DNA of 64,000 nt. Origin: Octopus sinensis (Eukaryota). This document shows positions 1 through 12,344 of this stretch, piece after piece (the first letter of the stretch is position 1; the number at the start of each line of letters is the position of its first letter). The notes under the pieces were generated by a model, which did no database searches, was not told where the DNA came from, and saw nothing but the letters and a program-made list of their open reading frames with translations. The DNA lies in the NCBI RefSeq assembly GCF_006345805.1, contig NC_043007.1:60636001-60700000 (forward strand), read 5' to 3'. A program made the translations under genes and the position numbers.

Positions 1-75
1 ATCATTCAAAATATAAATTTAATTGTATTTTATATGCAAGTGAGTGTGTGTTATAATTTTCATATTATATTTTAG

Positions 76-372
76 TCCAAATTATTGAAATTACATGAAG
101 AATCTCTAAATCTGAACTCCAACAATGACATACTGAAGAATCAGATTGAAAAGCTAAAAATTGAACAGGATAATGATCAGCGCCACATTTTGGATAAACA
201 GCATACAATTGAAAAACTGAAGGAAGAGCTTGAATGTTTTTCTGCAAAGGAATCTAATTGGCAACAGGCTGAAACAAAATACAAATCAGAACTACAACAA
301 CAGCAAGCAAAGGTAGCTCAGATACAACAAGAGCTTTCTACTGTAAGCACTGAACTGAAATTAACAAATATG
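76..372 (+). CDS. NUMA1: NuMA/Mud-like coiled-coil protein, internal exon (gene starts upstream of window)
   Basis: TTTAG acceptor (AG 74-75) and ATG|GTAAGT donor after 372. 297 nt, phase 0-0, E/Q/K-rich heptad sequence SKLLKLHEE...ELKLTNM. Gene identity comes from the downstream tail exons linked by continuous phase. Confidence 0.8.
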
Positions 373-542
373 GTAAGTTTAGGGTACTTTAAAAATATTC
401 ATTTTATTTCCCTACATTTTTGTGTAGGGAAACAAGAAAACTTATTCTCAACACCCACTCACGATCCTCTGCCAGCATGTATTCAGTGGATCACCAGAGG
501 TATTTGTATGACTTGTTGAAGTTATTATTATGAGGATGTATG

Positions 543-1158
543 AAGGCAGTACCATTACCACACTGGGTAAAATACTTAGTGGCATTTTGTCTATCTTTAT
601 GTTCTAGGCTCAAATGCTGCTGGGATCAACTTTGCCTTTCAGAGTTGATAAAATAAGGACCAGTTGAACACTGGGGTCGATAAAATAAGGACCAGTTGAG
701 CACTGGGGTCGATAAAATAAGGACCAGTTGAGCACTGGGGTCGATAAAATAAGGACCAGTTGAACACTGGGGTCGATAAAATAAGGACCAGTTGAACACT
801 GGGGTCGATAAAATAAGGACCAGTTGAACACTGGGGTCGATAAAATAAGGACCAGTTGAACACTGGGGTCGATAAAATAAGGACCAGTTGAACACTGGGG
901 TCGATAAAATAAGGACCAGTTGAACACTGGGGTCGATAAAATAAGGACCAGTTGAACACTGGGGTCGATAAAATAAGGACCAGTTGAGCACTGGGGTTGA
1001 TAAAATAAAGACCAGTTGAACACTGGGGTTGATAAAATGACCAGTTGAACACTGGGGTTGATAAAATAAGGACCAGTTGAACACTGGGGTCGATGTAATC
1101 AACTCAGCCCCACCTCAAGTATTGTTGGCCTTATATCAAAATTGGAAACCATTATTAT
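543..1158 (+). mobile_element. SINE family 1 copy with an internal minisatellite expansion
   Basis: Head ...GGTAAAATACTTAGTGGCATTT...GTTCTAGGCTCAAAT, body ACTTTGCCTTTCA and tail AAATTGGAAACCATTATT, all shared with many copies in the window. Confidence 0.8.
646..1092 (+). repeat. 32-bp tandem minisatellite (about 14 units) inside a SINE
   Basis: Unit CAGTTGA(A/G)CACTGGGGT(C/T)GATAAAATAAGGAC recurs every 32 nt from 661 to 1013, then at 1042 (one 29-nt unit) and 1074. No spacers. Confidence 0.95.
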
Positions 1159-1610
1159 AAGGATGTATCAAATCGGTGAATTCACAGAATGGCTAGTGTG
1201 AAAAAAATTCTTTGAGGCATTATGGCTCTTTACAGTCCATGTTCAAATCCCACTTAGGTCAGCTTTGCCTTTCATCCCTCCAGGCTCAATAAAACAAGTT
1301 ACTAGTCATGTTCTAGATCAATAGTATCAACTAAGCCCCTCCTCTCAAAATTGCTAGCCTTGTGACTTAATTAGAAACAATTATAATATGGATGGATGAA
1401 ATACTTGAAGTGATCACAATTTTCCAAATGTGTAATTGAACAGTTGTGTTTCTTATTTCAGAAAAAACATTGTGTTTATTATATGAGATCTTCAGCTTAT
1501 TGCTCTGTAATACAGTATCTTAGTCACAGCTGTCAATTATTATTTAATGTTAACTTGAAATATTATTGTCTGGTTTGTTATTCTACTCAAGGTGGTTTTT
1601 ATTTTTGTAG

Positions 1611-4600
1611 CAAGTTGAATCTGATACAAAGAGCAATGAAAACAGGCGCCAGACACTGATTATGTCTATGGATTCTTTGAAATGTGAGAAAAAATCTCTA
1701 CAACAGAAATTTCTCTCTGAAAAGGCTGCACTGGAAGAAGAGATAAAAAATCTTTCTACTCAACTGGAATCGGCAAAAGAAGAATTTTCTGCTGAACAGC
1801 AAAAGTTGATGTCAGATAATGAAAATAGTTTGCTTGAAAAGCAGGAGCTGGAACGTCAACTTGGTGTTGAACAAAGGCTCCGTGAGAGTGCTGAGAAAAT
1901 ATTGGTCTCTCAACGGGAGGAAGCTGCAAAAGAGCTTGCTGATAATGTTGATATTTTAAAGACTGATATTAAGAAATATGAACAAGAAGTAAATAGCTTA
2001 CAGTGTACAATCCGTGAGAAGACAAAAGAGTTTGATTCTCAGATTGAATCACATAAAACAATAAAATTTGAATTAGAGCGCAAAATCACAAAATTAGAAT
2101 CCCATGTGAGCACAAGCAATCAAGAGAATATCACACTTCAAACAGAATTAAAAGCTATGGAAGAAACAATACTGGGACTAAAACAAACTACAGTGAAGCT
2201 GAATGATAAACTTAGCAAAAGTGATCATGAGAAGACACAGCTACATGAAAAAATACAAGATGTCGAAAATAAACTTGCTGAAGCTATTAGTGAATCTCAG
2301 CATTGGATGAAAAAGAACAGCACAGAAAAGGAGGACTTTGAAGCCAAACTAAACACTTTGTTACAAGAGAACAGTGAGATTTTAGAAACGAGTAAAGTTG
2401 TCCAGGAGAAGTTGTCAGAGCAGTTGCGGTTGTCATCAGAAGAGAATTCTCTATTGAATAATAAACTTCAAGAATTAATGGATCAAACTGAGGATATGAA
2501 AACTGATATAAAAGAGAGATCGGATGAAAATGAGTCTCTTCAGGACCAGTTAAGCCAACTCCAAAATCTGTATAAAGACTTACAAGAACAAAATGACATT
2601 CTAAATAACAACTGTACCAAAACTCAGAGTCAGTTAACTTTAAAAGAGACTGAATGTATTGAATTTGAAAAGAAACTCACCAACATACAGGCAGAGAAAC
2701 TAAAAATGGAAGAAAAACACTCGAGTGAATTGGGAAGTACTCGGCAAGCTTTGTCTCAAGAGATTATCAATTTGAATCAACAAATTGAAAAGAAACACCT
2801 GCTGTTGGAGGAATCAAAATCTTCTTTACATAACTTTTCTGAGAAAATTTTCCATGCCATTAAGCCCAATGTTTTGACAGAAGATCTAGAATTACCCACT
2901 GATCTTAATGATGTGATCAGCTTCTTGCATCAGAAAGTGTATCAGTGTGTTGAGGAAACTTCGAATGAGCGTGAATGTTTACAGAATCAGCTTAGTTCTC
3001 AGTCAGTAAATCTTGAGGAAATGAAGCAGAACTTTGATAGTCAGTTAAAAGTTCATGAGGAATCTTATGCAACTTTGGAAAATCAATTTAAAAACAATGT
3101 CTGTGAACACAGAGAATTGCAAGATAAACTAGCTAAACAAGAAAAAGCACTTGAAGAGCATATAATTGTCAAGCAGTCATTGGAAGAAGCCAAAACTGCC
3201 TTAGAAAATCAACTCTTAGATAAAGAACAATATTTTAAAACAGAGCTTGACTGTATCAGGGCAAAACATGAAACTATAGAATCACAGTTGGAAGAAAATA
3301 CATCCATTAAGAAGGATCTAACAGAACAGATTGAGGAACTTACAAGAGAAAAACAGAACATTTTAGAAAAGTTGGAACAAGAAACTGCAAATTCCAAAGA
3401 GATTGCAACTGGTTTAAAATCTGAACTAGAAACTGTGAAACAAAGTGCCATTGAACAAGAAAGTAAATTTAAGGGTGATTTTGAAGAACTAACCAAACAT
3501 TATACATTACTGATGGAGGAGAAACATATGGAGTCCCTTAAAGAAGTGGAACAAGTCAATGTACAACTTTGTGACAAGGACAAGAGAATCTGTGAATTAT
3601 CAGATGTCTTAACAGGGAAATCTTCACTTATTGAGGAATATCTAAATTCAAATAATGAACTGACACAAATTGTTACCAGCTTGAAAGAGAACGTTTCTGA
3701 GAAAGAAACTGAGACTAATTTACTGAAAAAGGAGTTAGAAGAAAAATCAGGCACCATCAGTGAGAAAGATGCTAAACTTGATGAACTTACTTCTCTTGTT
3801 GGAGAGATGCAACAGAAGGTCTCAGAAATCTCTCAGAAACACGTTTCTGAAATTGGAAAATTGCAAGAAAATCTCAAAGTGGAATATGATGAAAGAATCT
3901 CTTCTATTACAAGTGAATATGAGAATAAGATAACCAGCGATTATGTGTGTAAGTCTTTGATGGAAATAAAAGAAAAAGAACATTCAAAGGAATTGGAAAC
4001 TGCTAAAGAAACACTACATCATGAATACAACCAGAAGAGTTACTGCCTTATTGAAGAATATGAAAAGAAATTAAAATCTGTCTCGGAGGACTTTGAGAAA
4101 AAATTATCCTCTGATTATGTTGCAGTTGGTGAGATTAATGAACAAAATAAAAAACATATCCAAGAAGTTATACAAATAAAAGAAAAACTTGAAGAATATG
4201 AAGGGAAAATAAAATTCCAGGATGAAGAACATAAAGAAGCTTTGCAAAAAGTAATGGTAGAATTTCAGGAAAATATCTCCAAAAATTATATCTCAAACGA
4301 AGTGTTTGAAGCTAAGCTAAAAGATGAGACCATAAAGTATACAGAACTTGAACAGAAATATGTTGAAGAAGAAGAGAAATTACAGATAGTATTGAAAGAA
4401 CATGAGGAAAAATTAGCTCAAGTTACTTTGAATTATGAAGAGAAAATAGCTACTGACTTTGTACCTCAACAAACATTTGAATGTGAACAAGAAAAGCATG
4501 TTACAGCCCTTCTAGAACAACAAACTTTATATCAAGAGAAGCTTGAGTCACTTAATGAAACACACAAGATTTCCATTGATAAAAAAGCGGTTGAATTTGA

Positions 4601-5025
4601 AGATAATATTGCAACTAATTATGTGGTGAGATCTGATTTTGAAGATGTCCAAGCTAGGCTAAGTCAGAAGGAAAAAGAGTTCTCTAAACAACGAGCTGAA
4701 TATGATTTAGTTGTTGCTGCTTGTGACAAAGTCAATGAACAGTATGAGACATCAGTAAAGACATATGAGAAAAAGGTCACAGAAATGTGTAAGAAAATTG
4801 AAAGCCGAAACAAGCAAATTGAATGTCTTCAGGAACAAATTGCAGAGATGACAGTAAAAGCTGAACGGGAATACAATGAAATGAAGAGAGAGCAGAGCCA
4901 AAATCTGAGTGATAAAGATGAAGAAATGAAAACTTACAAACAAGAAATGGTGAAAATACAAAGTGCTTATGAAGATGAGATTACCAAGTGTAAATCACTG
5001 GAGGAACAGATAAACAACTTGAAAG
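1611..5025 (+). CDS. NUMA1: NuMA/Mud-like coiled-coil protein, giant 3415-nt exon
   Basis: TTTTTGTAG acceptor ending at 1610, in frame with ORF 1662..5054 (QVESDTKSNENRRQTLIMSMD...). AAAG|GTAAC donor after 5025 (phase 1) matches the phase-1 acceptor at 7118. About 1138 codons of uninterrupted coiled coil. Confidence 0.88.
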
Positions 5026-5050
5026 GTAACCATAATAATGTGATATCTTC

Positions 5051-5271
5051 TTAACCCTTTAGCATTCAGATTACTCTATGAAATATAATACTTATTTATT
5101 CACAATGTTTTGAATTACTCATGCATTATCCCATTGCTTCAAGATTTTGATGATGTGCTTGTATATTTTTAGAATAACATTGTTGTGCAGATGAGAGAGG
5201 CCAGATCTGGTCAGTTTGAATATAAAGTATATTAGGGCCTGATATGGCTGGATTAAATATTAAAGGGTTAA
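5051..5271. mobile_element. piggyBac-type MITE (further copies at 26462-26689 and about 45839-46070)
   Basis: TTAA|CCCTTTAGCATT ... AATATTAAAGGG|TTAA; the internal sequence is shared among three copies. Confidence 0.85.
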
Positions 5272-5324
5272 AAAAAGAAGTTTAGCAGGATGAAAACTAA
5301 CTTCAGACAATATTAATATGGTAA

Positions 5325-5660
5325 GGAGGCGCATGGCTCAGTGGTTAGAGCGGCGAGCTTACGATCGTGAGGTTGTGAGTTCGAATCCCGGACCGGGCTG
5401 TGCGTTGTGTTCTTGAGCAAAGCACTCTATTTCACGTTGCTCCAGTTCACTCAGCTGTAGAAATGAGTTGCAACGTCACAGGTGCCAAGCTGTATCGACC
5501 TTTGTCTTTCCCTTGGATAACACTGGTGGCGTGGAGAGGGGAGGCCGGTATGCATGGGCGACTACTGGTCTTCCATAAAAACAACCTTGCCCAGACTTGT
5601 GCCTCAGAGGGTAACTCTCTAGGTGCAAACCCATGGTCACTCATGACCGAAGGGGGTCTT
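5325..5660 (+). mobile_element. tRNA-derived SINE family 2 (related older copies at about 21870-22130 and 47865-48140)
   Basis: Pol III A-box (TGGCTCAGTGG) and B-box (GTTCGAATCC), followed by a non-tRNA body GTTGTGTTCTTGAGCAAAGCACT...; no cloverleaf 3' end. Confidence 0.8.
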
Positions 5661-7117
5661 TAAGATCAGCTAATATTAATATTACCATCATTATCATTGT
5701 TTGATGTCTGTTTTCCGTGCTAGCATGGGTTGGACAGTTCAACCGGGGTCTGGGAAGTCGGGAGGCTGCACCCGGCTCCAGTCTGATCTGGCAGTGTTTC
5801 TACAGCTGGATGCCTTTCCTAACGCCAACCACTCCGTGAGTGTAGTGGGTGCTTTTTACGTGCCAGGGGAGGCTGGCAGTGGCCATGATACCTTCTACTC
5901 TTTAAGGAAGGACAGAATAATACTAGTTGTTGTATTGATATTTCCATCCTAGTATTAGTTGTCTGGGCTATCAAATTTACACTTTCTTTTTTAATTAATT
6001 ACACTGAATGGAAGGTGTGCATGTACCTCTCACAACTTTTCAGACAAGAATATAGTGACAACTGTGGTTGGTGTCTGCTTTGAAATCTTACGGGTTAGTG
6101 TTTTTGAAGGAAAACATGGACCTGAAATAAAATTTAATAGTGTGTGCTTCTAAGCGTAGAAGGATAGCATTTAGTGTATTGTATAATAATACCTGTTGAT
6201 GTTGACAAGATGAAGATATGGTAAGAGAAGTGGAAACTTTGAATGTGTTTAGGTGAAGAATATTTTAGAGTTAGTAAATTTACTAACTCTAAAATATTCA
6301 TTATAGTAGCAGAAAGGAACCATGTCTCACTAATGGGTCTAAGGTTTAGTGTGGTGTGTTGAAAAATTGAAGGCTTGTCAGTGTATAATGTTTGAATATG
6401 TGGTACCACTGTGTCAGATATATGAATAATATAGAGATTTGGGTATGGAATAAGGCAGTGAAATGATAGAATCATTAGCATGCCAAACATAATGCTTAGC
6501 AACATTTCATCTTTCTTTACATTCTGAGTTCAAATTCTGCCAGTCAACATTGCCTTTCATCCTTTTGAGGTTGATAAAATATGTAGTAGATGAGCACTGG
6601 GGTAAATGTAATCGAAATTGCTGGCCTTGTACCAAAATTTGAAACCAATATACAAGTTCACATATGGAATTAAAGATGCAGTTATTTTCATAGATGGAAA
6701 GTGTACTTAAAGGCTACAGAATAGTGGACATGAACAAATGAACAAGTTTGTTTCACAGTCATCTGGTTCTTCGGGCTTTATCCCAGCAGCATTGAGCACT
6801 GTCATCTCAAACCTTGAGAGTAAAATTGAGTTGATAAAAATTGTATAGAAACCTTATGGACTGTACCTGTAATTCACGATTGCCAAACATTGTCATAGAG
6901 TATCATATTGAACTTACTTGATAATTACATTTTTTGTCTGTGGAATACTCAGTAAGTATTTATATGAAATATAAATGGGGACTGATTGTGAAACAGATAT
7001 GCTGAGACAAGAAAAGTTAGATTCCTTAAATTTGAATAATTGCTTTTAACATTTACTCACTAACAATGACTTTCATGTTATGCTTTCTTTATTACAAATA
7101 TTATCTTTTTTGTAAAG

Positions 7118-7308
7118 ATTCCCATTCTGAAGAATTGACTTTATCACAAACCAAGTGGGAGAAACTTAATGAGACTCAGTGTGCTAACTTAAGCAACTAT
7201 GAGAAAATTGTGACTGAGAAAGAACATCAGGTTGCAGGCATTAAACAGCAACTGTTGACTGAAAAGGAAGCCAACGCTGAGCTTGAAAAACATCTTGCTT
7301 CAAGCAAG
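7118..7308 (+). CDS. NUMA1: NuMA/Mud-like protein, internal exon
   Basis: Acceptor TTTTTGTAAAG, phase 1 (G+AT = Asp); encodes DSHSEELTLSQ...HLASSK; AAG|GTAAGT donor, phase 0. Confidence 0.85.
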
Positions 7309-7551
7309 GTAAGTTTATTTGATTCATCTCTCTTTAGAAAAGATTCATTTGTTTGATTTTTCAAAAAAAAAAACCTTTTGATTCCTGGTGAAATTGGTGC
7401 AGTGAATGTAAATCGTTTTCAGTGGTTGAGAAGATTGAGGCTTGGTTGTATCATGTTAACATGCAAGAAAGGTTGAGTGGAAATTAAAAAAAAGCAGTGT
7501 TTCAGTTCGTATTATCATCTTTATTATTACCAATATTGATGTTATCATTAG

Positions 7552-7803
7552 GAAAACCATCGAGAAGAGATTAAGAACCTAAATAGCATCATAAATGAAG
7601 CAAGAGAAGAGTACCAGCAGCTGAAAAAGAAGATCAGCAGCACTGAAGTTTTTTTCCATAGCAGAGAACAAAAGTTAATCACAGATCACACCAAGACTTT
7701 GTCCAAGGCTGAAGAAATGAATACTTCTTTGGCCAGTCGCTTACAGATTTCCCACAAAGAGTTAGCGATATTTAAAAAGAAGCATGAAAATATATCTGCT
7801 GAG
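7552..7803 (+). CDS. NUMA1: NuMA/Mud-like protein, internal exon (absent from ORF track)
   Basis: TAG acceptor; 84 open codons ENHREEIKNLNSIINEAREEYQQLKKK...KHENISAE; GAG|GTAATT donor; phase 0-0. Confidence 0.85.
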
Positions 7804-8321
7804 GTAATTTTTTTCTTCTTTTACTGAGTTTCGGTCATTGAACTGTAACCATGGGAGTATATCACCTTTACCAGCTTCTTAACTAATTATAACTTGCATA
7901 ACTTATAAATCATATATTCCCCTTACAAAACTAATTTGAAATATCTTTCAATAAGTGTGTGATGAAACATACTAAATTTGTTTTTGACTTTTGGCTTTTT
8001 TTTCACAAAATATATTTGGTAAATAGGTCTTATGCAACGTTAGATATCCCAGAAAATATGGTAAGTATTGGATACCAACAAAATATTCATCTGTTGTCCA
8101 GTGCTGACATTACTCTTTCTACAGCAGTCATCTATACTCTCTGTTAGTAGTCAGAAGTACTGGGTTGTTGAAGGTTAAATGTCTTAGTCATATACTTTAC
8201 CTGTCAAGTGGATTTTACAGTATATTTTCGACCCAATAATCTGTAGGCTATAGTAAATATACTGTATGAAAACAAAACACAACACTGTTTTCAATATTTC
8301 AACTGTTATTTTTTTCTCCAG

Positions 8322-8468
8322 GTGGAAAATATCAAAGAAGAACTCAAGACAACCAAACTAGAGAAGCAGGCTGTTGTTACTAAATTACAAGACTATGAAG
8401 TGTTTTATCTACAGAAAGAAGAGGAATTCTCTGACGTAAAACACAAACTTGAAATGGAAGTAACAAAG
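8322..8468 (+). CDS. NUMA1: NuMA/Mud-like protein, internal exon (absent from ORF track)
   Basis: Strong TTTTTTTCTCCAG acceptor; 49 codons VENIKEELKTTKLEKQ...KLEMEVTK; AAG|GTAGTA donor, phase 0 (an alternative in-phase donor GAA|GTAACA lies 9 nt upstream). Confidence 0.8.
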
Positions 8469-8791
8469 GTAGTAGCTGAGTGATTAATAAGTTGTACTCC
8501 TGTATTAGGTTTTGTCATTGCAGTTCTTTTGTTTGATTGGTTTTTTTTTTAACCAAGCTGTTGTATAGTTCATCAGTATTGTTGTATTGCTAGATAGGTT
8601 TTGTTTATGCTTTGTAAACATTTATGTTACATAATTGGAAATGTTGTTTGTCTTCCCCATACACACATTTATATGGGCATGTCTGCTTGAAATTCATGGG
8701 TGTGTGTAAAGTTTTTCTGTGTGTGGTTGTGAGTTGCATAATTAGTTGGGTCTGTGGGCTATTGGTAAAGGTTTCCTCTTAATATAGTGTA

Positions 8792-8985
8792 TAAGGTGGC
8801 AAGCTGGCAGAATTGTTAGCATGCTGGGTGAAATGCTTAGTGGTATTTCATCTGTTTTCATGTTCTAAGTTCAAATTCTACCAAGGTCAACTTTGCCTTT
8901 CATCCTTTTAGGAGCAATAAAGTAAGTACCAGTTGAGTACTGGGGTCAATGCAATCACTGCAATCAACTTACCTCCTCTGCAAAA
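8792..8985 (+). mobile_element. SINE family 1 copy (similar copies at about 1185-1385, 6495-6650, 22388-22590, 25838-26045, 38003-38188)
   Basis: AAGGTGGCAAGCTGGCAGAATTGTTAGCATGCTGGG...GTTCAAATTC...CAACTTTGCCTTTCATCCTTT. Confidence 0.85.
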
Positions 8986-10589
8986 TTTGAATTCAATATA
9001 TTGTATTGAAAATATGTTGACTTGGAAAAAACCTTTCATTTCTGTAGGCTAAACCTACATTTGTTAAACTCAATATTGCAATCTAACTAAATATACATCA
9101 ACTTTGTCTCCCACTATTAACTGCACTGTATTATTTCTACCTTGTGGCGCCAATTAACATTTGACTGACTGATTTGCTTAATCAAGTTTCTGGTTATGGA
9201 CTGAACCCTAGGCCAGTAACGTGATACGAACCACCAACTTTTGGATACTTCTCTGATATCTCTATTCATTTACTGACTATAAGCTTAGTGCACCAAAGTG
9301 TGCTTCTATGATTGAAACCTGTACTTGTCTTGATGTGAAATGAAACTTGGCAGAATACATTCCAATTTCCTGGAGCATTAGGTTTCTGAAGCACCAAACA
9401 CTGTTAGATATTGCTTAACTTTGCTGTGTAACCTTGCTGTTCTGCTGAGAGACCACAGTTTGTTAAAAAAAATTATCTGATTCCTTTCTTGTAAGGTAAG
9501 AAGCATTTCTTATTTAACTGTAAGTTCAGTATAGCTGTTGGCTTCAGCGGAACCTGATGAGAGGAAATGGTTTAGAAACTAGTGGTTCAATACCATTTTG
9601 CTGACAAGTTGAGATATACTGAAGATTCATTCCATAGCAAGAGGAATATAGTTCAGATATACTTTTATAATAGAATGCCATTCAACTACATTGATGTTAT
9701 TGGTTGACGCACACATGTAACTGAGTATCTACCAGAGCTAATTGGAGATAGAGATTTGTGGCATAGCATCACAAGATGCATCTCAGTTGTAAACACTTAA
9801 AGAAGAATGCTTTCTTGTGCTAGATTTTAAAATTTTCATGTTTGTTGTAATGAGTATTTGTCTTCATAAAAATACTGTGAATAGAACATTGGTACTTGCT
9901 TGTAGTTTACCCAAAACACGTGAAAAAAAAATTTAGTTATAAACATACACCTACACATAAACAATTAAAACTGCTTGGGTTTGATATACAATATATATAT
10001 ATACACCTGTATATATGTAAATAGAAAGAAGCAAGGATTGAAAATTTTCAAATGATGAATACTCAAGTATAAATATATAGATATTTATATATTAACAGAG
10101 CAAACTTACACAGAGTAGAAAAGTAAAGGGGAGAAGGTATGGTGTTACAAGTCCAACAGCTGTTTCTGGAGAGGGCTTAGAGTTACTTCATAATGTTGGC
10201 AGATGCAATTCACCAAGTGTTTTCTATATTGGGAATCTCTGGATCTCATCTGTTGACTCTTTACACCCAGACATATACACATGAGTTCATACTTTGTTTT
10301 ACATATTTAATAAGTTTAAAGCCCTTTCAATTAGCAACCAACCACTCTAACAGAGAAAGCCAAAGACATCTTAAAATACTACCACCAAAACAGTTAATAC
10401 TTTGGGTGTGTAGCCCCAAGAGGTGGTACTCTAGTATGGCCTTAACCACAATAGCTGAAACAAACTAAAGAAATATCTGTACATTCATATCAGTTTTATA
10501 TTTTAGATCTCTTCAACTATTGACTATTCTGTGGAATGATGAACTGTGGGGGATATAGAGAAAGGAACACTAATATAAAGACATGGTGT

Positions 10590-11600
10590 TGGTGTAGTAG
10601 TAGTAGTAGTTGTAGTAGTAGTAGTAATAGCAGCAGTAGTAGTAGTAGTCGTCGTTATCCGTTGGTCTTGAGAGGCCATGGATCTGCGCCAGAAAGAAAT
10701 CATGTCAGCTGCTGATAGCGGTGCAGCATTTGTTGTGGCTGTACAGGCCCACACAGGAATGACAGTGCTCTCTCCTAGCATAAAGCTTCCTATCTCAGAC
10801 ATGTGAGCATGCACACAACAGCCAAACACCACATCGCTGGAACTGTAAAGTGCACAGTTCTATACAAGGATTTTTGTACTTTTTTCATAAACTAGGGGAT
10901 GGCTACTGACGTTAAACTTAAGGATTATATAATGTACAAGTATAAAGAAAGAATTAAAGAAAAGAGGATTCATTATATTCAATGTTATCGATAATATCGA
11001 GTGGAAATAGAGGGGACTGTAGTTCCGCAGTGCCTATACATGAGCTGCCACTGCTCCATGTATCACTGCCATAAAGTAGTGTGCTAAGGATGCATGCTTT
11101 ATAGACAGCAATTTCGGTGTTAGCAGCCAGTTTTTTGTTTTCCCAGACTCTCTTTATGAGCCTGGAAAATGTGGAGGATGCTTGTTCAATTTACCTGTTG
11201 TTCTCAGGGTCCAGGGAGAAGTCATCAGCAATGGTAGAGCTGAGATAGGTGAATTGATGGACTACCTCCAGCTTGTAAGTTGTTGATGGTGGTGGGGTAC
11301 TTGACACTTTGGCCCATTACTTGCATCTTCTTCAGACTGAATTCCTGATGGGCCTTTGAAAGTTTGTCCACGAGGTGCTGCATTTGCTCTTTAGAGTGCA
11401 CTGTCAGTGCTGCGTCATCTGCAAACAGCATTTCTCTGACAAGTACCTGATGCACCCTGGATTTTGCTTTCAGCCTCAACAGACTAAACAGTTTGCCACT
11501 TCGTGTGGAGGTAAACACAATCAGTTGATGTCCCAAATGCATGTTTTGGCATGACTGCAAAGAAGATGCCAAACAGGGTGGGGGCAAGCACGCAGCCCTG
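10590..11600 (-). mobile_element. RTE-clade LINE family B (BovB-like) 3' fragment with (TAC)n tail
   Basis: TRSGKLFSLLRLKAKSRV...EMLFADDAAL (11225..11587), ACILSTLLYGSDTW near 11060-11100, simple-repeat tail at 10593-10650. Confidence 0.85.
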
Positions 11601-12003
11601 CTTCACGCTGCTATGTCAGTACAAAACCAGGTTATGTCAGATCAGTTATTTTCAGTTGATAGGAAGTTGACAGTAATAGGGAACGTAGTAGTTTTAATTT
11701 TTATTTTCACTAAGAATTTATTAAAAAAATCAGTTGTAGTTAGGCCTTACATGACATATTGCAAATAATGCTGAACAAGATAGACACAGAACTGCAAAGA
11801 AATTCAAGTGTATAAATATCAATGATGAATTTATGTATGTGTACTCATGTATATAATGTGTGTGTGTTTGTATGTTCACACAAGTAATCTTTCAAAATGC
11901 AATTCAAAAAGGAAAAAAATTGTACAATGCATTATTGTCCAAAAGCTGCAGGAAAATTGTTTCAAAGCCTGGCAACTTCTTATCAGACCCTTTGTATTTT
12001 CAG

Positions 12004-12229
12004 CTCAATGAGAAATATTCAGAGTCTCGGTTTGAAACTGAGAACCTTGAGAAATTAATAAAACACTACAAGACACACGAACATAACCTCCTTGCCAAGG
12101 TGAATGAGCGTGATGCTGAAGAAAAGAAGAATAATGAACGATTGATGAAGAAAGTGATGGAGTTAGAGAAAGAGAAATACTCATTCTCGGAGATACTGAA
12201 GAAAGAGCAGACTAAATTCCAAGAAACTT
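12004..12229 (+). CDS. NUMA1: NuMA/Mud-like protein, internal exon
   Basis: TTGTATTTTCAG acceptor; LNEKYSESRFETENLEKL...EQTKFQET; T|GTATGA donor (phase 1) matches the next acceptor at 15068. Confidence 0.82.
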
Positions 12230-12233
12230 GTAT

Positions 12234-12243
12234 GATTATTATG

Positions 12244-12275
<32 letters not shown>

Positions 12276-12277
12276 CA

Positions 12278-12339
<62 letters not shown>

Positions 12340-12340
12340 G
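12234..12340 (+). repeat. (ATT)n microsatellite
   Basis: About 35 ATT/ATC/ATG units immediately after the exon donor. Confidence 0.95.
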
Positions 12341-12344
12341 TTGT

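Noticed and set aside
646-1092. CRISPR-like array of 32-bp palindromic repeats, and the three long minus-strand ORFs over it
   Set aside because: Units are contiguous with no unique spacers, derive from a SINE, and there are no cas genes. The ORFs are just the stop-free repeat read in three frames.
1662-5054. Stand-alone intronless 1130-aa gene
   Set aside because: In-frame acceptor at 1610/1611 and donor at 5025/5026 connect it to flanking exons. The ORF stop is merely the TTAA target site of an intronic piggyBac MITE.
5328-5400. Functional tRNA gene
   Set aside because: A and B boxes are present, but the anticodon and acceptor stems do not pair and the sequence runs on into a SINE body.
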